DNA from: an uncultured Lachnospiraceae bacterium
GTDB taxonomy: Bacteria; Bacillota; Clostridia; Lachnospirales; Lachnospiraceae
Length of the DNA stretch: 64,000 nt
Assembly (NCBI GenBank): GCA_948750055.1
Contig: CAPZVP010000002.1
Location: forward strand, 30,078-94,077
Direction of reading: 5' to 3'
Made by a program: the position numbers and the translations under genes. Shown piece by piece: positions 27,872-35,473 of this stretch. Under the pieces are notes generated by a model. It searched no databases and was not told the DNA's origin. It was given only the letters and a program-made list of their open reading frames with translations. The stretch's first letter is position 1. Each line of letters opens with the position of its first letter.

Positions 27872-29821
27872 ATGAGTAAAGAACAGTTACAGTATTGTAC
27901 GATCTTAAAAACCAGGATCAATGTGACAGATATGGAGCAGACCATTTCTTATATCACGGACAGGCTGGAAGATTTGAAGGGCAATTATATCTGTGTTTCC
28001 AATGTGCATACTACCGTGATGGCCTTTCGGGATAAGGCGTACCGCAGGGTGCAGAACAGCGCGGCCATGGCACTGCCGGACGGGCAGCCGCTGTCCATTG
28101 TCAGCCGGCTTAGAGGCTATCCACAGGCACAACGGGTGCCGGGACCGGATCTTATGCCTGCGATCCTGAAACTTTCCCAGGAAAAAGGGTATACCCACTA
28201 CTTTTACGGCAGCACGGAGCAGACGCTGAAGAAACTGGAGAAGGTATTGCATACAAACTATCCGGCGCTCAAGATCGCCGGTATGTATGCGCCCCCGTTT
28301 CGAAAGCTGACGCCGCAGGAGGATGAGGAGGATGTGCGCAGGATCAATGAGAGCGGCGCGGATTTCGTCTGGGTGGCCTTGGGTGCGCCCAAGCAGGAAC
28401 AGTGGATGTATGCGCACAGAGGCAGGGTAAAAGGGTTGATGATCGGCGTAGGTGCGGCTTTTGATTTTATCGCCGGTACGGTAAAACGGGCGCCCGGGTG
28501 GATGCAGAGTCTGTGTATGGAGTGGATCTTCCGCATTATGCAGGATCCCGGCCGGATGCTGCCGCGGTATTTAAATACGAATTTTTCTTTTGTCTACCAT
28601 GCCTGCAGAGAATCTCTGGAATTACGCAAAAAGGCCGGAACCAGTGCCGAACCTGGCAAAAGAGCAGGCAGACAAAAAGACAGGCTGCGCATCGCCATGA
28701 TCGGCCATAAGCGGATCCCGTCGCGGGAAGGCGGGGTAGAGGTCGTGGTGGAGGAGCTTTCGGTGCGGCTGGCGGCCATGGGACACCGCGTGGACGCCTA
28801 CAACCGGTATGGCCACCATGTATCGGGCAAAAAATACGATGAAGAATATGGCTGGAAGGGCCGCAGATTTTATAAAGGGGTGCGGGTCTATATTGTGCCT
28901 ACTTTCCGCAGGAGCAGCCTGAATGCCATTGTATATAGTTTTCTGGCGACGCTGCGGGCGCTTTTTGGCCGCTATGACGTGATCCATTATCACGCGGAAG
29001 GTCCCTGCGCCATGCTCTGGATCCCGAAACTTTTTCACCGGAAGATCGTGGTGACGGTCCACGGCCTTGACTGGCAGCGGGCCAAATGGGGGAATCTGGC
29101 CTCCTATGTGATCAAATTCGGAGAGAAAATGGCGGCGAAATACGCCGATGAAGTGATCGTATTATCCCGGAATGTACAGCAGTACTTTGCGGATACGTAC
29201 AACAGAAAGGTCACCTATATTCCAAACGGCATCAACAGGCCGCAGCACCGGGCGGCGGAGCTGATCACGGAGAAATACGGGCTGACGGAAGGGGGCTACT
29301 TCCTGTCTCTGGGCCGGATCGTGCCGGAAAAGGGCGTCCATTATCTGATCGAGGCTTTCTCGAAGCTAAGTACGGACAAGAAGCTGGTGATCGCCGGAGG
29401 TAACAGCCACGCGGTGGAATATATGGAGAAGATCCACCACATGGCGGCGCAGGACGAGCGGATCATCATGACGGATTTCGTGCAGGGGCGGATGCTGGAA
29501 GAGCTGTATTCCAATGCTTACGGATTCGTACTGCCAAGCGATGTGGAGGGTATGGCGCTGACGCTGTTAGAGGCGATGAGCTACGGGGACTGCTGTCTTG
29601 TCAGCGATATCTGTGAAAATACGGAGGTCGTGGAGGAGCAGGCGCTGGTATTCCGTAAGGGCGACGTGAAGGATCTGCAGGAGAAGATGGCGTATATGCT
29701 GGAGCATCCGGAAGTAGTACATGCATGCGGCAGCAGGAGTGCGGATTTTATCTGCGGGAAGTATAACTGGGATGAAGTCGTGGAGGAGACGGCAGAGGTT
29801 TACAGGAAGTGCTGCAGGTAA
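27872..29821 (+). CDS. WecB/TagA/CpsF glycosyltransferase fused to GT4 glycosyltransferase
   Basis: N-domain PDG.P, RVPGPDLM, LGAPKQE, GVGAAFD, RAP; linker; C-domain IAMIGHKRIPSREGG and EGMALTLLEAM. Confidence 0.88.
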   Translation: MSKEQLQYCTILKTRINVTDMEQTISYITDRLEDLKGNYICVSNVHTTVMAFRDKAYRRVQNSAAMALPDGQPLSIVSRLRGYPQAQRVPGPDLMPAILKLSQEKGYTHYFYGSTEQTLKKLEKVLHTNYPALKIAGMYAPPFRKLTPQEDEEDVRRINESGADFVWVALGAPKQEQWMYAHRGRVKGLMIGVGAAFDFIAGTVKRAPGWMQSLCMEWIFRIMQDPGRMLPRYLNTNFSFVYHACRESLELRKKAGTSAEPGKRAGRQKDRLRIAMIGHKRIPSREGGVEVVVEELSVRLAAMGHRVDAYNRYGHHVSGKKYDEEYGWKGRRFYKGVRVYIVPTFRRSSLNAIVYSFLATLRALFGRYDVIHYHAEGPCAMLWIPKLFHRKIVVTVHGLDWQRAKWGNLASYVIKFGEKMAAKYADEVIVLSRNVQQYFADTYNRKVTYIPNGINRPQHRAAELITEKYGLTEGGYFLSLGRIVPEKGVHYLIEAFSKLSTDKKLVIAGGNSHAVEYMEKIHHMAAQDERIIMTDFVQGRMLEELYSNAYGFVLPSDVEGMALTLLEAMSYGDCCLVSDICENTEVVEEQALVFRKGDVKDLQEKMAYMLEHPEVVHACGSRSADFICGKYNWDEVVEETAEVYRKCCR

Positions 29822-29911
29822 TGCGCTGTGAATATAGTCAGATATGCCCGACGTGTCCGAAAAGATCAGATCGGGACAGTCTGCGTACTTTGATGAAGAA
29901 GGCTGTGGAAG

Positions 29912-31186
29912 ATGATGAAGATATTGATGGTAAATAAGTTCCTTTATCCGAATGGCGGATCGGAGACGTATATCTTTAAGCTGGGGGAACAACTGCAGAA
30001 AAAAGGGCATGAGGTACAGTATTTCGGCATGGAACATGCAGGGCGGATCGTGGGGAACCGTCTGGAGTGTTATACGTCGGATATGGATTTCCATACCGGC
30101 GGGGTTGGAAAGCTGCTTTATCCCTTCCGGATCATCTATTCCGGGGAGGCGAAGCGGAAGATGAGGCGTGTGCTGGAAGATTTCCGGCCGGATGTGGTGC
30201 ATTTGAACAATATAAATTTTCAGCTGACGCCTTCGATCATCTATGCCGTGCGCGCGTTTGAGAAAAAGCGCGGGAAGCGCATAAAAATCGTGTATACGGC
30301 TCATGACTATCAATGGGTATGCCCGAATCACATGATGCGCATACCGGCTACCGGGCAGATCTGCTTTGCCTGCCGCGGCGGTGATTTCAAACAGTGCAGT
30401 AAGAACCGGTGCATTCATGATTCCAGGGTCAAGAGCCTGATTGGAACGATCGAGGCAGGCTTCTATGCCATGCGTAAGACTTACGGAATGGTGGATGTGA
30501 TCATTTGTCCCAGCGAATTTATGAAAAAACAGCTGGATACGGACCCGCTGCTGGCGGAAAAGACCGTTATGATGCATAATTTTATCGACAAGGATACGGC
30601 TGTAGCCTGCGGGACACACGGCAAAAAGAAGAAGCGCCGGGAAAAGGCAGAAGTCTTCGGGACGGCAGCAGACGGGGAGAGACCTGCGGGAGATTATGTG
30701 CTGTATTTTGGCCGTTATGCAGAGGAAAAAGGAACCTTGACGCTGCTGGAGGCATGCCGGGCGCTGCCGGAGATTCCTTTTGTCTTTGCGGGAACGGGGC
30801 CGCTGGAGGGCAGGGTGAATCAGGCGCCTAACGTGGAAAACCGCGGTTTTGTGGCCGGAGAGGAACTGCGGCGGTTGATCGCGCAAGCCAGATTCAGCGT
30901 ATACCCGTCGGAGTGGTATGAGAACTGTCCGTTCTCCGTGATGGAGTCTCAGATGTACGGTACGCCGGTACTGGCCTCCGACCTGGGCGGCGCCCCGGAA
31001 CTGGTGCAGCCGGGCCGGACGGGAGATCTGTTCCGCGGCGGCGATGCACAGGAGCTGACAGAGCATATAAAGGAGCTGTGGGAGGATCCGGAGCTGTGCC
31101 GGACCTACAGCGAGAACTGCAGATATATAAATTTTGACACAGCAGAGGAATATTGTGCTAAAATAGTGAGGAATGTATACAGATGA
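29912..31186 (+). CDS. GT4 family glycosyltransferase
   Basis: KILMVNKF..GGSE; TAHDY; PSEWYENCPFSVMES. Confidence 0.9.
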   Translation: MMKILMVNKFLYPNGGSETYIFKLGEQLQKKGHEVQYFGMEHAGRIVGNRLECYTSDMDFHTGGVGKLLYPFRIIYSGEAKRKMRRVLEDFRPDVVHLNNINFQLTPSIIYAVRAFEKKRGKRIKIVYTAHDYQWVCPNHMMRIPATGQICFACRGGDFKQCSKNRCIHDSRVKSLIGTIEAGFYAMRKTYGMVDVIICPSEFMKKQLDTDPLLAEKTVMMHNFIDKDTAVACGTHGKKKKRREKAEVFGTAADGERPAGDYVLYFGRYAEEKGTLTLLEACRALPEIPFVFAGTGPLEGRVNQAPNVENRGFVAGEELRRLIAQARFSVYPSEWYENCPFSVMESQMYGTPVLASDLGGAPELVQPGRTGDLFRGGDAQELTEHIKELWEDPELCRTYSENCRYINFDTAEEYCAKIVRNVYR

Positions 31187-31282
31187 AATCGTGCTTGCAG
31201 GATTTTATCTGTATACATGACGAACATCCGGCATGAGCAGGGAGCAGGCGTGCGGGCTGCGAATGCCGGAGGAATGTATACA
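31173..31282 (+). promoter_or_regulatory. Alternative (mutually exclusive) RNA hairpins between GT4 stop and radical SAM RBS
   Basis: 18-bp stem 31173-31190/31201-31218; competing pairings 31210-31218/31274-31282 and 31227-31234/31263-31270; 14-bp direct repeat GAGGAATGTATACA at 31168 and 31269. Confidence 0.5.
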
Positions 31283-31296
31283 AGGAGTAGTAGAGA

Positions 31297-32295
31297 ATGG
31301 CAAGAAGAACATTATACGGCACTGTCATCGTGACCTACCGGTGCAACGCCCGTTGTAATATGTGTGACTGCTTCAAGGATCCTACACGGCCGGACGAAGA
31401 GATCACGCTGGAAGATATTAAAAAACTGCCCGAGATGGCTTTCACCAACATCACCGGCGGGGAGCCTTTTATCAGACAGGATATCCCGGATATTGTGAGG
31501 GAACTGTATAAGAAATCTGACAGGATCGTTATATCGACAAACGGTTATTTCACCGACCGGATCATCGCCCTGTGCAGGGAATTTCCAAAGGTGGGCATCC
31601 GTATCAGCATCGAAGGCCTGCAGGCTACCAACGACGCGATCAGAGGCATTCCCGACGGGTTCAACAGAGGCTATAAGACGCTGAAAACACTGGTGGAGAT
31701 GAAGCATCCGGACGTGGGATTCGGCATGACGGTACAGGATATGAACTGTGAGGATCTGGTGCCGCTCTACAATATCGCCAACGATATGGGGATGGAGTTT
31801 GCCACGGCTACACTGCATAACTCCTTTTATTTCAGAAAGACGGACAATAAGATCGATGACAAATATAAAGTGGCGCAGAATTTCGAGAAGCTGATCAACG
31901 AGCTGTTAAAGAGCAGATCGCCGAAGAAATGGTTCCGGGCTTATTTCAATCACGGCCTGATCAACTATATCTATGGCAACAAAAGGCTTCTGCCCTGCGA
32001 TATGTCGAGAAATGCCTTTTTCATAGATCCCTTCTGTGATGTGATCCCCTGCAACGGCATGGAGAAAAAGGCGGTCATGGGGAATCTGCGGGAGCAGAGC
32101 TGGGACGAGCTGTGGAATTCCGATCAGGCGCGCAGGGTAAGGGAGTGTACGAGAAAATGTGACAGAAACTGCTGGATGATCGGTTCCGCGTCGCCGGCAA
32201 TGCATAAATATATCTGGGTACCCGGATGGTGGGTGATCAGGCATAAGTTCCTGAAAGGCGGTAAGTACAGTTTAAAGGAGAATAAATTTATATGA
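31297..32295 (+). CDS. Radical SAM protein with SPASM/Twitch-like C-terminal domain
   Basis: CNARCNMC (CxxxCxxC), TGGEP, STNG; C-terminal PC..PCNG..GNL..C..C..NCW; AGGAG RBS. Confidence 0.92.
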   Translation: MARRTLYGTVIVTYRCNARCNMCDCFKDPTRPDEEITLEDIKKLPEMAFTNITGGEPFIRQDIPDIVRELYKKSDRIVISTNGYFTDRIIALCREFPKVGIRISIEGLQATNDAIRGIPDGFNRGYKTLKTLVEMKHPDVGFGMTVQDMNCEDLVPLYNIANDMGMEFATATLHNSFYFRKTDNKIDDKYKVAQNFEKLINELLKSRSPKKWFRAYFNHGLINYIYGNKRLLPCDMSRNAFFIDPFCDVIPCNGMEKKAVMGNLREQSWDELWNSDQARRVRECTRKCDRNCWMIGSASPAMHKYIWVPGWWVIRHKFLKGGKYSLKENKFI

Positions 32296-33536
32296 AGTTC
32301 CTGTATGTAGCCCCGCGTTATCATACCAACCAGATGGATATCATGAAGGGGCTGATAGAACACGGGCATGAGGTCTGTTTTATCAGCCATTATGCCGCCG
32401 CGATCGAGGATTATTCCTGCGTGACGCCGGTGGTGCTTGGGTATTCCCGTCTGTACCGGCTGCTGGATCATCTGTATGTGAACGTGATCCACAGAAAAAG
32501 GCCGGAGGCCATTGTTTTTAAGATCCAGCACGGGTTTCCGCCGCTTTTGAAGCTGCGGAAGCTGATCTGTGATTTTCGGCCGGACGTGGTGATCCTGCGG
32601 GAGCGGTCGGCCTATTCCATGGCCGCTTATCTGATCTGCCGGAAAAAGGGCTATCCGTGTATCCTCTATAACCAGAACCCTCTGTGGTCGGCGCCGGCGA
32701 AGACAGACCTGGCGCACCGCATAGTGGGCAGCATGACACCGAAGCTGCGCATGACGCCGGTCATGGGTGTGAAAAGACCGGGAACTTCCGTGAAAGAGCA
32801 TGATTTTTTCGTCCCCTTTGTGATCGAGCCGCAGAAGGCGCCGGAGGAGAGGACCTATTTTGCGTCGGATACGGTACATATTCTCTGTATCGGGAAATAT
32901 GAGCCGCGCAAGCACCATCTGCTGCTGCTGCAGGTGGTGGAAGAACTGCTTGGCGGGAAAGGGGCTGATTCAGCCGGTGGATTGCATGCCGGCGGAGCGG
33001 AGGGCGATTCAGTCGGTGAGCATAACAGTGTGCATGGAAAAGATCATGGAAACTATAAGATTCACCTCACCTTGGTGGGGGAAGCTACCATGGCTTTCCA
33101 GAAAGAGTACTGTGAGCAGGTCAGGCGCTATGTGGCCGATCATCATATGGAAGATATCGTCACGGTCAAGACCAATGTGCCCCGCAGGGAGATGGAGGCT
33201 GAATATCTGGCGGCGGACGTCTATGTGATCCCCAGCACCAGAGAGATGGCTTCGGTGTCCCAGCTGGAGGCCATGAGCTATTCCCTGCCGGTGATCTGCA
33301 GTGATGCCAACGGCACGGCCTCCTATGTGGAAGACGGCCTGACGGGATATCAGTTCCGGGACTGCGACCGGCAGGATCTGTCGGACAAGCTGGAGAAGAT
33401 GCTCTCGGACCGGGAACGGATGAAGGCCATGGGAGCGGCAGGCTATCGGGCGCTCATGGAGAAATACAGTTTTGAAACCTATCAAAAGGCGATACAGGCC
33501 ATGCTGAAGAAGATGCAGGAGCAGAAGCTGTATTGA
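32292..33536 (+). CDS. GT4 family glycosyltransferase
   Basis: GKYEPRK; PSTREMASVSQLEAMS; ATGA-type overlap with upstream gene. Confidence 0.85.
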   Translation: MKFLYVAPRYHTNQMDIMKGLIEHGHEVCFISHYAAAIEDYSCVTPVVLGYSRLYRLLDHLYVNVIHRKRPEAIVFKIQHGFPPLLKLRKLICDFRPDVVILRERSAYSMAAYLICRKKGYPCILYNQNPLWSAPAKTDLAHRIVGSMTPKLRMTPVMGVKRPGTSVKEHDFFVPFVIEPQKAPEERTYFASDTVHILCIGKYEPRKHHLLLLQVVEELLGGKGADSAGGLHAGGAEGDSVGEHNSVHGKDHGNYKIHLTLVGEATMAFQKEYCEQVRRYVADHHMEDIVTVKTNVPRREMEAEYLAADVYVIPSTREMASVSQLEAMSYSLPVICSDANGTASYVEDGLTGYQFRDCDRQDLSDKLEKMLSDRERMKAMGAAGYRALMEKYSFETYQKAIQAMLKKMQEQKLY

Positions 33537-33630
33537 GATGGCAGCGCATGGAAAGAGCGTCTGTAGATTACAGGGCAAAGCCACATGCGGTACACGGTTC
33601 AGGAAAAATGTAAGCGGACCGGGAAAAAGT

Positions 33631-33720
33631 AGAATCAGAAAAAAGAAGAATCAGGAAAGAGAAGAATCAGAAAAAGAAGAATCAGAAAAAAAGAATCAGG
33701 AAAAAGAAAAATCGGGAAAC
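33631..33720 (+). repeat. Degenerate purine-rich tandem repeat (about 6 x 14-16 bp, core AGAATCAG)
   Basis: AGAATCAG at 33631, 33647, 33663, 33678, 33692, and AAAATCGG at 33708. Confidence 0.8.
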
Positions 33721-33729
33721 GGAACGGAT

Positions 33730-34608
33730 ATGAAACGGAAGATCAAGGATATTCTGGCGGCGATGGCCTGTTTTCTGTATGAAAAAGGCATTTTGCATAA
33801 CCGCATACAAGTACACACGATCGACGAGACGATCGACGAGCTTTTGAACACCGAAAAGAGCATGGTGCGTTTTGGCGACGGGGAGATCGTGATGATCAAA
33901 GGGGTTGATCTGATGCTGCAGAAGGCGGCGCCGGAGATCGGCGAAGGGCTTGCCCGGATTCTGGCCTGGCCTTACGATGATCTGCTGGTGACGATTCCGG
34001 GCATCTTCGATACCCTTTCAGATCATCACAAAGCCAGCAGGCAGTTCTGGAAGGATCATCTTCTTTTCTGCCGCAAAACTTATGAAAAATACTGTAATCC
34101 GGACAGAATATATTATACGACCTTTGTGTCGCGGTGCTATTACTTTGCCGCCGACAGAAGGAATTGTGACAGATGGTTTGCAAAAATAAGAAAAATATGG
34201 GAGAATAGAGACATTGTTATCGTGGAGGGCACGAAGACACATAATGGTGTCGGCAATGATCTGTTTGACAGTGCCGGTTCGGTAGAGCGGATCATCTGTC
34301 CGCCGAAGGATGCCTACGGCTCTTTGCCGAAGATCACGGAAGCCTGTATGCAGTACGGGACGGACAGGCTCTTTCTGCTCTCTGTCGGCGTGGCAGCCAA
34401 GTTTCTGGCGGTAACGCTTTTTGAAAAAGGATACCGGGTGCTGGATATCGGCAATCTGGATCTGGAGTATGAGTGGTATGTAAGGCAGGCGGCGGAGAAG
34501 ATGCCGCTTGAGAAACACGAGATCGTGGGGGAGGCGGCCAACCGGGAGAAAGCAGCACAGGATAAGGCATACGCGCATTATCTGGAGCAGGTGAAGTGTT
34601 GGCTGTGA
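33730..34608 (+). CDS. GT-D fold (DUF1792 / SP_1767-like) glycosyltransferase
   Basis: SMVRFGDGE (DxE), TFVSR.Y, GVGNDLF, LDIG.LD.EYEWY motifs; ATG 33730 chosen because the upstream extension is the low-complexity repeat. Confidence 0.85.
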   Translation: MKRKIKDILAAMACFLYEKGILHNRIQVHTIDETIDELLNTEKSMVRFGDGEIVMIKGVDLMLQKAAPEIGEGLARILAWPYDDLLVTIPGIFDTLSDHHKASRQFWKDHLLFCRKTYEKYCNPDRIYYTTFVSRCYYFAADRRNCDRWFAKIRKIWENRDIVIVEGTKTHNGVGNDLFDSAGSVERIICPPKDAYGSLPKITEACMQYGTDRLFLLSVGVAAKFLAVTLFEKGYRVLDIGNLDLEYEWYVRQAAEKMPLEKHEIVGEAANREKAAQDKAYAHYLEQVKCWL

Positions 34609-34677
34609 AAGCAGTGAGCCGGATGTGGTGAGAGCAACGGGGAGGATATGATCGGTCCAATATGCAGTTGAGGTAGG

Positions 34678-35262
34678 ATGAGAGATATGATAGACAGTAA
34701 GGAAACACTTCTCCGATATTTGGAGCAGGACCGTCTGGCACTGAACAGGCAGCGGGATAAACGGCCGAAATTTTTGCAGGATGAAATCTGGAAATTTGAG
34801 ATCATGCTGCGTAAGCTGGAATATGATACAAACTGCAGAAGGGGGCCCTGGGCGGTATTGGTCAGAAAATATCACGCCTGTATATTTCATCGTATGAGTG
34901 TAAAACTTGGATTTACGATACCGATCAATGTATTCCAGGAGGGACTTTCCATTCCGCATTATGGAACGATTGTTGTGCATGGCGGGGCAAAAATCGGTAA
35001 AAACTGCAGACTGCAGGAAGGGGTTACTATTGGGGCAACAGATGGAAGCCATGATGCAGCTACGATTGGTGACAATTGCTATTTTGGAAGTGGTGCGAAG
35101 GTGATTGGCGCGGTTATAATAGCCGATGATGTGGCGATCGGCGCCGGTGCGGTGGTGACGAAAGATATTCTGGAACCGGGTACGACCTGGGCCGGTGTGC
35201 CTGCAAGAAAGATCAGCGACCGCGATTCGCACAACAATCTGTGCCAGGCGCTTTTTCAGTAA
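34678..35262 (+). CDS. Serine acetyltransferase-like (WcaB/CysE-like) hexapeptide O-acetyltransferase
   Basis: GLSIPHYGTIVV, IGKNC, IGDNCYFGSGAKVIG, WAGVPARKI. Confidence 0.88.
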   Translation: MRDMIDSKETLLRYLEQDRLALNRQRDKRPKFLQDEIWKFEIMLRKLEYDTNCRRGPWAVLVRKYHACIFHRMSVKLGFTIPINVFQEGLSIPHYGTIVVHGGAKIGKNCRLQEGVTIGATDGSHDAATIGDNCYFGSGAKVIGAVIIADDVAIGAGAVVTKDILEPGTTWAGVPARKISDRDSHNNLCQALFQ

Positions 35263-35419
35263 ACTTACATCATGCTCAGCCTGCCGCTTGGCGGGCCGCA
35301 TGGCCATCCATGCTGTGAAAGTCGAAGACTTTCATAGTAAACTTACATCATGCTCAGCCTGCCGTCGGGCGGGCCGCATGGCCATCCATGCTGTGAAAGT
35401 CGAAGACTTTCATAGTAAA
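35258..35419. repeat. 2 x 78-bp tandem repeat, each unit with three hairpins (REP/MITE-like)
   Basis: Units start at 35258 and 35336 and differ only by 3 nt; AGTAAA recurs at 35258, 35336, 35414; hairpin TGAAAGTC-GAA-GACTTTCA. Confidence 0.92.
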
Positions 35420-35473
35420 GGACATTTTGGGGACAGCGCGGTTGTCGTTTATGCGCAGACGAAGAGGAATGAT

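Noticed and set aside
29567..31066. Long antisense ORFs (e.g. 29567-31066, 34018-35307, 22754-23968, 9538-10689, 8447-9508)
   Set aside because: They shadow clear + strand genes in GC-rich sequence and show no recognisable motifs
31297..32295. Radical SAM/SPASM enzyme as a RiPP or sulfatase maturase
   Set aside because: No precursor peptide, RRE domain, peptidase-containing transporter or sulfatase nearby; neighbours are glycosyltransferases
34678..35262. Housekeeping cysE
   Set aside because: Short, lacks the N-terminal SAT helical domain motifs, and lies among glycan genes
35258..35419. 78-bp repeat as a CRISPR array
   Set aside because: Units are contiguous with no unique spacers, are too long for CRISPR repeats, and no cas genes are present
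35195..35473. N-terminal 93-aa extension of the second ABC transporter in the ORF track
   Set aside because: It reads through the upstream gene end and the 78-bp repeat; the paralogs and an RBS support ATG 35474
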